Origin: Felis catus | Taxonomy: Eukaryota | NCBI RefSeq assembly: GCF_018350175.1 | Contig: NC_058368.1 | Coordinates: 88,600,001 to 88,664,000 of the forward strand | Direction of reading: 5' to 3' | Length of the DNA stretch: 64,000 nt | Program-made: the position numbers and the translations under genes | The notes under the pieces: generated by a model | What the model was told of the DNA's origin: nothing | Database searches by the model: none | Seen by the model: the letters and a program-made list of their open reading frames with translations, nothing else | In this document: in pieces, positions 49,520-62,279 of the stretch | How positions within the stretch are numbered: position 1 is the stretch's first letter | Layout: each line of letters begins with the position of its first letter

Positions 49520-51139
49520 TGGGGAAGAGCTGAAAGAAAGAGAGGCACAGATTCTGAAGCAGGCTCCAGACTCTGAGTTGTCAGCACAGAGCCCAATGCA
49601 GGACTCAGAATACAATTCATGAGATCACAACCTGAGCCAAAGTCAGATGCTTCACTGACTGTGCCACCCAGGTCCATAAATAAGGTTTGTTTGGATATAT
49701 GTTTTGTTTAACCAGACACAGAGAGCTGTGACATAGACATATACTTCCCAACACATTCCCACAACACACCCTGTGCATCTTGGGAGGTAGCCACCTTGTC
49801 TCTATTTTCTGTCCTGGAACCCAGTGCCTGACTCAAACGTTCAGTGAATTCATCTCAGAATACTGCCATTGGGAAGAGACCTATATTTTTCATAGAGTTC
49901 TTGAAAGGCACCTCAAAATCATTGAGTTTTACAGAGTTGTTTCTGATCTGCCTGGAATGCTCTGAGGATGTCTAAGTTGGAATGGCACTTTCTTCGCTGA
50001 GAGATCAGGGAGCCCTGCAGTATTCCTGTGTGTCTTGTGGTCACCAGAGGGTGCTGTGTGGCTGCTCATGACAAAGTCACTGTTCCCCAAAGATGGGGCT
50101 GGCAGGTGCAGGGCTTCACTGCTGGAGGAGCCTGAAGCGTGGAGTGGCTTTACTCGGTATCAAACCGTTGACTGAGTCTCCATCCTGCAGGCTCCTTGAG
50201 CTCCTGGTGTGCTTTGTAAAAGACTCTCTTGCTTGTGGAGGCTCAAGTGGTTCTTGCTGTTGCCACTGAATCCTCAGGATGAACACATTCAGGTCATGGT
50301 CTTTAACTCATTGACCTGACCTGCACTTACAGGTACTTTCCTGAGAGTAAGGGACCCAGCCTGGGTGGAGGGCCAGCAAGAAGACAGCAGTGGCCCAGGC
50401 TGCATCCTCCACTGGCCTGAAAGCAGGGACTGGCTGCTCTACTGAGAAGCAGAGCTATGGAACAGGAGGCACACAGGTGGCTGGGGTTTGTCATGGGATG
50501 GGGCCTGGACGAGTGTGTTCCGGGACATGGGGCAGGGATGCTGTGCAGGAGATCACAGTGAGGGAATGTGGTTTCTTTCCTGCCCCATGGGTCACTCCTC
50601 GGTACCCTGATGGCCTCAGTGCTGGCTTGTCCTCCTAATTCTTCAGGTATCCAGTCAGTCCCGGGGGGTCCCTGCTTTTCACATAAGGCCCCAACATAAT
50701 AAAGAGACTGTAGATATTGGAAACTGGAGGCAGCACCCGCAAAATGCATATGAATTATGTTCCAAAAGTTGTGCTAGGTGTACAAGCCTAATAAAGAAAG
50801 AGAGATTTACAGTACACATGTACCGTTCTGTACAATGATGAGAGTCAAAGTATTGGAATTGGCCCAGTCATTCAGCTTCTGGAGACGCAGAGTAGATGAT
50901 GATGTGTGGCCACTGAGAATGCAGAAGGGGACAGGACTGTGCCTGTCCACTGTGGGGACATCACGTACTACAAGATCATAATCCTGGATCCTTCCACGCC
51001 CAACCTGTCACACTACTCATAGACCCAAACACAGACACCTGCTGCACTCAAAGCAAAACGACTGGGAAGATGACACCATGTCTTATGGGCGATTATTTCT
51101 TTGAAGAATATAAAATTTTCTCCGCGTTTATTTGTATTT

Positions 51140-51312
51140 ATTTATTTTTTTTCATATTTATTTATTTGGAAAGAGCGAGAAGGAGAATCCTGACCAGGGC
51201 TTCAAGCTGTCATTGCGGAGCCTGACTTGGGACTTGATCTCAAGAGCCATGAGATCATGACCTGAGCCAAATTCAACTCGGAAACTCAAACGATTGAGCC
51301 ACCTTGGTGCCT
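51140..51312 (-). mobile_element. Carnivore SINE, degenerate
   Basis: T-rich tail and gagatcatgacctgagcc...gagccaccttggtgcc. Confidence 0.8.
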
Positions 51313-51488
51313 GTCCTCATTATTTAAATCTTTAGTTTACTACATAAACGTCCCCTGCAGAAAACCTTTAAGATCCTTGTACTTAATAGATTAGCATAAA
51401 TGGAATATTGAATATTTCACTTAGGTATTTTTATAATATGCACATTAGACCAATATCAACATGGCCGGTCCAGGAAAATGAAACATTT

Positions 51489-51490
<2 letters not shown>

Positions 51491-51529
<39 letters not shown>

Positions 51530-54500
51530 GAAATTTATTGACAAATTAGTTTCCATACAACACCCAGTGCTCATCCCAAAAGGTGCCCTCCTCAATACCC
51601 ATCACCCACCCTCTCCTCCCTCCCACCCCCCATCAACCCTCAGTTTGTTCTCAGTTTTTAAGAGTCTCTTATACTTTGGCTCTCTCCCACTCTAACCTGT
51701 TTTTTTTTTTCCTTCCCCTCCCCCATGGGTTCCTGTTAAATTCTCAGGGTCCACATAAGAGTGAAACCATATGGTATCTGTCTTTCTCTGTATGGCTTAT
51801 TTCACTTAGCATCACACTCTCCAGTTCCATCCACGTTGCTACAAAAGGCCATATTTCATTTTTTCTCATTGCCACGTAATATTCCATTGTGTATATAAAC
51901 CACAATTTCTTTATCCATTCATCAGTTGATGGACATTTAGGCTCTTTCCATAATTTGGCTATTGTTGAGAGTGCTGCTATGAACATTGGGGTACAAGTGG
52001 CCCTATGCATCAGTACTCCTGTATCCCTTGGATAAATTCCTAGCAGTGCTATTGCTGGGTCATAGGGTAGGTCTATTTTTAATTTTCTGAGGAACCTCCA
52101 CACTGCTTTCCAGAGCGGCTGCACCAATTTGCATTCCCACCAACAATGCAAGAGGGTTCCCGTTTCTCCACATCCTCTCCAGCATCTATAGTCTCCTGAT
52201 TTGTTCATTTTGGCCACTCTGACTGGCGTGAGGTGATACCTGAGTGTGGTTTTGATTTGTATTTCCCTGATAAGGAGCGACGCTGAACATCTTTTCATGT
52301 GCCTGTTGGCCATCCGGATGTCTTCTTTAGAGAAGTGTCTATTCATGTTTTCTGCCCATTTCTTCACTGGGTTATTTGTTTTTCGGGTGTGGAGTTTGGT
52401 GAGCTCTTTATAGATTTTGGATACTAGCCCTTTGTCCGATATGTCATTTGCGAATATCTTTTCCCATTCCGTTGGTTGCCTTTTAGTTTTGTTGGTTGTT
52501 TCCTTTGCTGTGCAGAAGCTTTTTATCTTCATAAGGTCCCAGTAATTCACTTTTGCTTTTAATTCCCTTGCCTTTGGGGATGTGTCGAGTAAGAGATTGC
52601 TACGGCTGAGGTCAGAGAGGTCTTTTCCTGCTTTCTCCTCTAAGGTTTTGATGGTTTCCTGTCTCACATTTAGGTCCTTTATCCATTTTGAGTTTATTTT
52701 TGTGAATGGTGTGAGAAAGTGGTCTAGTTTCAACCTTCTGCATGTTGCTGTCCAGTTCTCCCAGCACCATTTGTTAAAGAGGCTGTCTTTTTTCCATTGG
52801 ATGTTCTTTCCTGCTTTGTCAAAGATGAGTTGGCCATACGTTTGTGGGTCTAGTTCTGGGGTTTCTATTCTATTCCATTGGTCTATGTGTCTGTTTCTGT
52901 GCCAATACCATGCTGTCTTGATGATGACAGCTTTGTAGTAGAGGCTAAAGTCTGGGATTGTGATGCCTCCTGCTTTGGTCTTCTTCTTCAAAATTCCTTT
53001 GGCTATTCGGGGCCTTTTGTGGTTCCATATGAATTTTAGGATTGCTTGTTCTAGTTTCGAGAAGAATGCTGGTGCAATTTTGATTGGGATTGCATTGAAT
53101 GTGTAGATAGCTTTGGGTAGTATTGACATTTTGACAATATTTATTTTTCCAATCCATGAGCAGGGAATGTCTTTCCATTTCTTTAAATCTTCTTCAATTT
53201 CCTTCATAAGCTTTCTATAGTTTTCAGCATACAGATCCTTTACATCTTTGGTTAGATTTATTCCTAGGTATTTTATGCTTCTTGGTGCAATTGTGAATGG
53301 GATCAGTTTCTTTATTTGTCTTTCTGTTGCTTCATTGTTAGTGTATAAGAATGCAACTGATTTCTGTACATTGATTTTGTATCCTGCGACTTTGCTGAAT
53401 TCCTGTATCAGTTCTAGTAGACTTTTGGTGGAGTCTATCGGATTTTCCATGTATAATATCATGTCATCTGCAAAAAGGGAAAGCTTGACTTCGTCTTTGC
53501 CAATTTTGATGCCTTTGATTTCCTTTTGTTGTCTGATTGCTGATGCTAGAACTTCCAGCACTATGTTAAACAGCAGCGGTGAGAGTGGGCATCCTTGTCG
53601 TGTTCCTGATCTCAGGGAAAAAGCTCTCAGTTTTTCCCCGTTGAGGATGATGTTAGCTGTGGGCTTTTCATAGATGGCTTTTATGATCTTTAAGTATGTT
53701 CCTTCTATCCCGACTTTCTCAAGGGTTTTTATTAAGAAAGGGTGCTGGATTTTGTCAAAGGCCTTTTCTGCATCGATTGACAGGATCATATGGTTCTTCT
53801 CTTTTTTTTTGTTAATGTGATGTATCACGTTGATTGATTTGCGAATGTTGAACCAGCCCTGCATCCCAGGAATGAATCCCACTTGATCATGGTGAATAAT
53901 TCTTTTTATATGCCGTTGAATTCGATTTGCTAGTATCTTATTGAGAATTTTTGCATCCATATTCATCAGGGATATTGGCCTGTAGTTCTCTTTTTTTACT
54001 GGGTCTCTGTCAGGTTTAGGAATCAAAGTAATACTGGCTTCATAGAATGAGTCTGGAAGTTTTCCTTCCCTTTCTATTTCTTGGAATAGCTTGAGAAGGA
54101 TAGGTATTATCTCTGCTTTAAACGTCTGGTAGAACTCCCCTGGGAAGCCATCTGGTCCTGGACTCTTATTTGTTGGGAGATTTTTGATAACCGATTCAAT
54201 TTCTTCACTGGTTATGGGTCTGTTCAAGCTTTCTATTTCCTCCTGATTGAGTTTTGGAAGAGTGTGGGTGTTCAGGAATTTGTCCATTTCTTCCAGGTTG
54301 TCCAGTTTGTTGGCATATAATTTTTCATAGTATTCCCTGATAATTGTTTGTATCTCTGAGGGATTGGTTGTAATAATTCCATTTTCATTCATGATTTTAT
54401 CTATTTGGGTCATCTCCCTTTTCTTTTTGAGAAGCCTGGCTAGAGGTTTGTCAATTTTGTTTATTTTTTCAAAAAACCAACTCTTGGTTTCGTTGATCTG

Positions 54501-55080
54501 CTCTACAGTTTTTTTAGATTCTATATTGTTTATTTCTGCTCTGATCTTTATTATTTCTCTTCTTCTGCTGGGTTTAGGCTGCCTTTGCTGTTCTGCTTCT
54601 AGTTCCTTCAGGTGTGCTGTTAGATTTTGTATTTGGGATTTTTCTTGTTTCTTGAGATAGGCCTGGATTGCAATGTATTTTCCTCTCAGGACTGCCTTCG
54701 CTGCGTCCCAAAGCGTTTGGATTGTTGTATTTTCATTTTCGTTTGTTTCCATATATTTTTTAATTTCTTCTCTAATTGCCTGGTTGACCCACTCATTCGT
54801 TAGTAGGGTGTTCTTTAACCTCCATGCCTTTGGAGGTTTTCCAGACTTTTTCCTGTGGTTGATTTCAAGCTTCATAGCATTGTGGTCTGAAAGTATGCAT
54901 GGTATAATTTCAATTCTTGTAAACTTATGAAGGGCTGTTTTGTGACCCAGTATGTGATCTATCTTGGAGAATGTTCCATGTGCACTCGAGAAGAAAGTAT
55001 ATTCTGTTGCTTTGGGATGCAGCGTTCTAAATATATCTGTCAAGTCCATCTGATCCAATGTCTCATTCAGGGCCCTTGTT
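51491..55080 (-). mobile_element. Very young 5'-truncated L1
   Basis: Pure poly-T at 51491-51524; perfect 16-bp TSD aaaatgaaacattttc at 51475-51490 and 55081-55096; uninterrupted ORF2. Confidence 0.97.
51744..55080 (-). CDS. L1 ORF2p, N-terminally truncated within the endonuclease; RT and C-terminal domain open
   Basis: 1104-aa ORF (51744-55058) with [32 protein letters not shown] and a Cys-rich C-terminus; no internal stops. Confidence 0.9.
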
Positions 55081-55560
55081 AAAATGAAACATTTTCAAGG
55101 TATCTCTCTGGTCCAGACATTTCTCCTCTGGCTTCTGGTCTTGTGTCAAACCTCAAAGGGTCCCCATGCCAGATAATGAAGATATTTCAAGGAGGAGCTT
55201 GACATAATCTTTGTTCTGTGGGGAATATTCCTCTGTCATAAAAATCTTAGTTTCATTGAATATTTAACCAATTACTAATCACTCTCATGTTATGTAGCCA
55301 GACACAACAGGCAATGTTGTGTGTTTGCACACACCTGAAAATTTTGGAGGAGCTAAAGCAGCAGAAACCGATATCAGTGGTTGCAGAGACTGGGGTGAGG
55401 GAATGAGCCGTGGGTGATTAGTAGTACATGTGTCTCTGTGATGGAAATGTTCTAGGAGTACATAGTGGTCACGGGTGTAAAATCCTGTGAATGTACGTAA
55501 TGACACTTGAATTTGTAATTTGAAAGGATCAGAGTAAATTCTTTTGAAGTTAATTTATGT

Positions 55561-55566
55561 TTTATT
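55561..55566 (-). terminator. Candidate polyadenylation signal of RALGDS-like copy A
   Basis: AATAAA on the minus strand about 75 nt after the TGA of the last exon. Confidence 0.45.
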
Positions 55567-57554
55567 TGCAAAACAATATGTAAGGACAGTAAATATCTCT
55601 ATACAAACCACAAAAATTACAAAGAACGCAATGACAGGATCAGGGCATCCTTTGGGGCTGCAGCCAACATGCGCCACTGCTCGGGAGCCGAGGCTGGTTG
55701 CTCAGCTGCAGCAGGTGGTTGCTCCAGCCCTTCCGTGACCCCGCCAGCTGGGGCTGGAGGCTGCTCAGAGTCTGGGTTGGGTCCACCAAAGGGGCAGGTG
55801 TCTCTTCCAGCTCCTGACAGTGAATCAGAGCTGGGACTACCACCTGTACTCTTGGTGACTCTGCAGGGAGGGTCACCAATTCTAATTGCTGAGCTCCAGG
55901 ATGAGTGGTGGCTGCAGGCAGCCTGGGCTGCGAAGCTGCAGTGGGCACCACAGAGATAGCGGGGGCTAGCTCCTGAGGGACGTCTGGATCTTGCTCTGGA
56001 GCTGGTGCCATAGCTTCAAGAATACAAAGTGTCATCACCGTGATTGCCATTCCATGGCCTTTCCTAATAAAGGAAACCTCTTCCGCAGACATTGTCATCT
56101 GAGTCAAAGAACCCACCAGGAGGAAATCTCCCTGATGGCAGGCTAATGGAACAGTGATCTGAGACTACTCACAACTCCTAGCCCACCCGCAGTCTCAGGA
56201 AACGTGCTTTGTGTGGCATACCCTGTCCCATCCACATGCCCACATCTCCCACACAGAGTCCTCCTCACCCAGAGATTCTGGCTCATTGGGCTCATGGTTT
56301 CTCCGTGATGAGTAGAGAAGGCAGTCATGGCGCTGCAGCTCGGAGCCTGGCATGTGGACCCCTATATATGCCCGCAGCATCTGCAGGCTGATGAAATCTG
56401 GGGGCTGGAAAAAGTCCTCAGGGTAATGGTCCAGCCAGGTGCCCAGAATGGAGGAGATGGCCCTGGGGATACAAAAGTAGCCAGAACAATCAACATGGGG
56501 TGTTCCTCCTGCACTAATGTTTCAAGACAGGCCTGTGGGACCTAGCCTCTATGCCTCCTGCTCATGGATGTACAGAGGGTGGTTCTATACCGTGTCCACC
56601 TGTGATTTGGCAGTCCCACCTAAGAGAGTCCTGGTCACTGAAGAGGGACTGTGAAAATTCTATTTGACGGGAACCCCTTAACCAATGATGTGGTCATCTC
56701 TGTCCTTCTTGGGAAGCCAGACATACTCCTTGGTGTGTCCTCCTGCCAACCTCTCACTAGAATTCAACTCCGTGCATGAGTGGAGGGGTGGTGTCAGGAT
56801 GAGTCAGTGCCTTCACTGCATACACTAGTGCTCCATGAAAATCTGAACACATACGGGACAAAGGCACTCTGTCTCTTACCTGGGCTTGCTTGAACCCTCC
56901 TCACGTGACGACCTGTGCCTCTATGCTGCCTCATTCACTTAGTGCACATGTGGGTGTCCTCCCACTGACACTGGTCTCCCATAGGGTGGGTGATATGTGG
57001 TCCTTGAGCCCTCACTGTGTCTCCTGAACACTTGCTAAGCACACACTGTCGAAGTTCCACAAGGTGGTGAGCGTGATGCTCCCCAAAACCTTTATTCTGG
57101 GTCCCCTGATGGGGGTGGAGGCAAGCCTGTGAGTGGGAAGGGATGGGGTTGGACTCTCTAAAGGGCTGAATCTGTCCTCTATTGCCCTCTGCTGTCTCAT
57201 TGTGCCCACAGCTTATCCTCTAACCCACAGGACAAGACCCCTTTCCTTGCTTCCAGGGAGAAGCCCTCAGACCTTTGCCCTCTCACAGGACTCTCAGATG
57301 TGTGGGATGCTGGGTCCTGAAGCCCCTCCCACGCACAGTCTCAGCACTGCCCTCTTGGAGAATGAAGGCCCTCCAGCATGAGCTCAGCCTACTCACATTT
57401 TCTCCTGCTCCCGGGGTCCATCATCTTCCTCAGTCTCAGGAAGGAAGCAGCCATATCTGGAGGAGGCCAGAAGGGCATCATATCAGGTGTCCTGTGGATA
57501 CTACCTCTTGTCATATCCAGGGTCACTGACTGATGACTAGAATGGAGCTCTGGA

Positions 57555-57784
57555 GGGGCACCTGGGTGGCTCAGCCAGTTAAGCCTCCGACTTTGGCTCA
57601 GGTCATGATCTCGTGGTCCGTGAGTTCGAGCCCCGCGTCGGGCTCTGTGCTGACCGCTCAGAGCCTGGAGCCTGTTTCAGATTCTGTGTCTCCCTCTCTC
57701 TCTGACCCTCCCCAGTTCATGCTCTGTCTCTCTCTGTCTCAAAAATAAAAGTAAAATGTTAAAAAATTTAAAAAAAAAAGAAAA
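57555..57784 (+). mobile_element. Young feliform SINE, present only in arm 1
   Basis: TSD agaatggagctctgga at 57539-57554 and 57785-57800; empty site in arm 2 near 62977-62992. Confidence 0.95.
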
Positions 57785-58765
57785 AGAATGGAGCTCTGGA
57801 GGGGAGGGTGCTGTCTGCTCTGTGCATTGGATCCCAGTCAGCTCCTACAGAAGTGCCTGCACCTAGTGGGGCTTCCTGTATGTTTGATGAACGATAGGGC
57901 CCCAATCAGCTTCATCACACATATTGGTGTGGGTCTGGGCCTCCTGCTCATCCTGGGCATCCTTGATTAGTTTGACCCAGGACTCAGACACACAGATAGA
58001 CCCTCACGTCTCCTTTTCAAATGGGAAAAGAGCCCAACTCAACACCTGGTGACAGTGAGGGATGAGGCAGAAACTTGATCATGGGGAAGAGGACAAAGCT
58101 CACCCAGCAGATACACAGCCCGTCCAGCAGACCTTTCCACAGGGCCAGGGTCACTTTCCAAGCAGTGCCCCCACTGAGTACCTGTAGTTATTCTGCTCTG
58201 ATCAGAGGAACAAACTGAGACTCAGGGAGGTTTGGTGACTTTCGTTAGACTCAAAGCTTTAAGGGGCTGAATCACACTAGGCTGTGAAGGGCAGGGCGCT
58301 CACCTCATAAGCAATAGTTCCAGGACCTGTTGGGTGGTAGCAAAAGCTCTGTACGTGCCCAAGAATGTGAAGAAGCAGGTGGGGTCTCTCCACAGGAAGG
58401 CGGGCACCAGGTGCTCCACTCACTGCTTCAGCAGGCCTGCATTGATGGTCCACTCCACACAGTTCTCATTCTCGTTCACGGGTGCGGCCTTTTTACCCCG
58501 AGATAGAACAGAGGAGGGACACAAAGTCAGACACAGCACCATGGACATCAGGAGGGTTGGGGTCCAGAATGCAGACCAAACCCGCCAGCCCTCAGTGACT
58601 TGTCGAAAGAGTGAGACCTGGTGCACACAGTAGGAAAAAGGATCTTGGCATTCACGTGAGAATTTGAGGTGGGGAATGGCTGAACACGTTAGGATCTGAG
58701 GTCAGATTGTTAGATGAGTATGGACAGCACCTCCCTGCATTAACAGCATTGTCTTTGTGATTTCT

Positions 58766-58978
58766 TTTTTTTTTTTTAACGTTTATTTATTTTTGAGACA
58801 GAGAGAGACAGAGCATGAATGGGGGAGGGTCAGAGAGAGGGAGACACAGAATCTGAAACAGGCTCCAGGCTCTGAGCTGTCAGCACAGAACCCGATGCGG
58901 GGCTTGAACTCACGGACCGCGAGATCATGACCTGAGCCGAAGTCGGCGGCTTAACCGACTGAGCCATCCAGGCGCCCC
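58766..58978 (-). mobile_element. Young feliform SINE, present only in arm 1
   Basis: TSD tgtctttgtgatttct at 58750-58765 and 58979-58994; empty site in arm 2 near 62012-62027. Confidence 0.95.
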
Positions 58979-61900
58979 TGTCTTTGTGATTTCTAACACC
59001 ACAGTCCATTCTAGGGATCAGAAGACAGGGACATTACCTGGCAGAGGTTGGATCAGGATAATAGGACATGTAGGATGTTCAGTGCAGCACTGTGACATGG
59101 CAACAGAAGGGAATCATGTAACAGTCCCGCATTTGTGAAGGGCTGAATGGGTGAGGTAAGTGGTCTCATTTCCAGAATGTTGTAAGGTAGTAAGGTCCTT
59201 GCTCCTGATCTGGAGGGCCCTAGGGACGTGTTGCTTGGCAACCAAAGTGCAGAGCAGTAGACATAATACAGTGAGTCCCATGTCCTTTGGGTAAAAATCT
59301 CCCTGCTCATCATGAACATGTGTCAGATGTGGGGAAGGTGTGGAAGGATGGTCAGGCGAACCGGGACACCTGGGAACAGTCATTGAGGAAACATGTACGA
59401 CAATGGCAATATATTCTAAACAGAATGGGACGTGAAATGGTTTCACACCTCTTTTCTGATATTCCTACAAATAAGTGGAGAGTGATGTTGCATCTGGCCA
59501 TGGCAGGGGCTGGGCCACGAGGGCATGTTTGGGGAACACATGGGGTTCCAGGTTCATCTGGGATCAGGAGTCTACGAGAGATACCAGGGGAGTAACTGTG
59601 TGTTTTCTGTGCCCTGGGATTCTTTGCACTGCCTCTGGGCTGTGCGTGTCGTGTTTCCCTGGTACCTTCACTCACCCTGAGCCAGGGGGGGCATCCTGCT
59701 AATGGCATGGGGCTTCCTCCTGTCCTTCAAGGAAGTAGAGCAGGGGCTCTCATCATTCACCTTCTCCTCCATCTCTGACGTGTGGCTCTGTAAAGACAGT
59801 GCCCAGCATGCAGGCAGGAGTCCTCAAAGCCATGTCTGCTTGCTTTCACTTGTCCTCAGACCCGTGTGAATTCATTGCAGATATACACACCGCAGTGTGC
59901 ACACATCTCCCTCAAGGAGGAGAAGCAACATGGTTTGAGGGCCTTGGATTAAACCTGTTATAGGTTAAAGGCACCTCAGAGATCCCTTTTGCCTCCTTCC
60001 CTGCATGACATCTGCATGGCCATGATGGGTCCACCAGGTCGTCCACTGCCATCCAACCTCCTCCAGTCCAGGACAGGAGCACCTCACGTGTTCCCCCTTT
60101 CCCTGAAACTGAAAACGGGGATGGGGGTGCCCAAGGATGGCTCAGAGCTGTGACCTGACCTGACCTGGCCTGGCCTGCTCTAGGCTGCTCTGTATTACCT
60201 TATGTCACCTCCTGGAAAACATCCTGAGGCATCGCCAGTGTGGGTGAAGGACACCTCTCCAACATCCGAATAATCCTGTGCACTGGGGTTTCTGGTATCC
60301 AGAGCCCTGGTAACTGGGAAAACAAGAGAACATCCCAAACTCTCTGTGTCTGTAGACAAGTGAGACTGGTATGGGACCTTACTAGTGCATGGGTGCCGGG
60401 TTACAGGAGTTCCACGTTCTCCTGGGGCCTATTGTGAGCAAAGTGATGTCACTGCCTAGGATCCACCTCCTGAGTCCGCTCCTGGGATAACACCTATGCA
60501 AATAGTCCTCTATTTGCTGACTGCTCACCCCTTTCTCCATGAAATGTCACATCGGTCCACAGTTACACCAACGCACCCCTCTCCACAGCCCCCTGGGAAG
60601 GTCTGGAGGCAGCCAGGGTCCCAGTTTTGAGACGTATCTGGGTTGAGACACAACTCTTCATTCTTACCTCTTTCTGGCTCTAGATAAGTGATTGTGTCTT
60701 TCAGGGATGGTCCCTGTCTCCTCTGCTCAAGGGACATAATTATAGGATGTACTTCCTTAGGATGTCCTCAGGCATACGTGGGATGATACCTGTGAAATTG
60801 GAGGAGTGGTGTCACATGTTGGATATTTATCCAACCACATTTACTTTGACTTCTCACCTCCTTTGGTTCTGCTGCTCCTCTGATCCCAAGTGTGTGTACA
60901 TGTGCGCGTACGTGTGTGCATGCAAGTGTGTGTGTGTACGTGTGTTTATCAGTGCTCATTTTCTGGAGTCCCAGAAGATAACATCCCCACCTAGGGAAGG
61001 ATGGCCAAAAATTTCTTAAGCGCTTAGGTTCTCTAATTTCTAAAGCAATCTTTACACGTGGGATTAGAGTTGTGGCCTAGGTGGTCAGAACACTCTTTTA
61101 CGTAGACTTTGCCAGTAGTGTGCCACAAGCCATTCCCTCCCTTTCCACTGGGTACAATGGAGACAGGGTGGCACTCAGTGGGCTGCCCTAGCCTTGGGTC
61201 CTCCTCACGGAAGAACATGCTGGAATGTCGTCTGTTACGCTCCTCTTCACCCTCACCCCCACACCACCCCCATGTCTGCACAGAGTTACAGTAACACAAC
61301 CTTTTCCCGAGCCCCCTCAGAAAACCTGGGTCAAGTCAAGGACCTCATTTTGAGGACATGGAGTTGGGTTCATGCTTTGTTCTGATTTTTGACCAGTCTG
61401 TGATTCTGAGCAAGGCACTGACCCTGCCAGGGTCTTCACTTTCTCCTCCCCTCAGTGGCTCCTTGAGATTCCCACATCCTGTAAACACATCCTTGTGTAA
61501 TTTCCTTCCTGGAGTGTGGTATGGACTTGGTGTTTGATTTCTGTTCCAAAGAAGATGGAAACCGTATCACGTCCAATTCTGTCTAGAATATTTTGGCATT
61601 GTGTTGTACATGTTTCTTCAATGACTGTTCCCAGGTGTCCTGGTTTGCCTGACCATCCTTCCACACCTTCTCTACATCTGACACATGTTCATGAGGAGCA
61701 GGGTGATTTTTACCCAAAGGACATGGGGCTCATGGTATTATGTCTACTGCTCTGCACTTTGGTTGCCAAGGAACACGTCCCTGGGGCCCCTCCAGATCAG
61801 GAGCAAGGGCCTTACCACCTAGACAACGTTCTGGAAATGAGACAAGGTACCTGACCCATTCAGCCCTTCACAAATGTGGGACTTTGACATGATTCCCTTC

Positions 61901-62279
61901 TGTTGCCATGTCACAGTGCTGCACTGAACATACTACATGTCCTACTACCCTGATGTAACCTCTGCCAGGAAATATCCCTGTCTTCTGGTCCCTAGAATGG
62001 ACTGTGGTGTTAGAAATCACAAAGACAATGCTGTTAATGCAGGGAGGTCTGTCCACACTCATCTAACAATCTGACCTCAGATCCTAACGTGTTCAGCCAT
62101 TCCCCACCTCAAATTCTCACGTGAATGCCAAGATCCTTTTTCCTACTGTGGGCACCCAGGTCTCACTCTTTCGACAAGTCACCGAAGGCTGGTGAGTTTG
62201 GTCTGCATTCTGGACCCCAACCCTCCCGATGTCCATGGTGCTGTGTCTGACTTTGTGTCCCTCCTCTGTTCTATCTCGG

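Larger units (their letters stand above)
55640..60333 (-). pseudogene. RALGDS-like (Ral GDP dissociation stimulator-like) gene copy A, six exons, REM domain plus Pro/Ala-rich tail
   Basis: Exons: 60333-60199 (MFSCFPSYQGSG...RMFSRR*HK); 59787-59676 (SHTSEMEEKVND...WLR, 112 bp, +1 in a G7 run); 58497-58304 (WTINAGLLKQ*VEHLVPAFLWRDPTCFFTFLGTYRAFATTQQVLELLL); 57456-57397 (YGCFLPETEEDDGPREQEK); 56462-56269 (AISSILGTWLDHYPEDFFQPPDF...MPGSELQR); 56013-55640 (APAPEQDP..., TGA). Matches recalled RALGDS KAGTLEKLVEHLVPAF...TYRAFTTTQQVLDLL and AISSILGTWLDQY. Confidence 0.88.

Noticed and set aside
58334..58633. ORF conserved in both arms (also 62117-62443) as a real gene
   Set aside because: It is the antisense frame of the RALGDS-like exon, and its identity reflects the duplication and conversion.
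60496..60517. Octamer ATGCAAAT within a short inverted repeat upstream of RALGDS-like exon 1
   Set aside because: A single 8-mer is expected by chance in 64 kb, and there is no supporting evidence.
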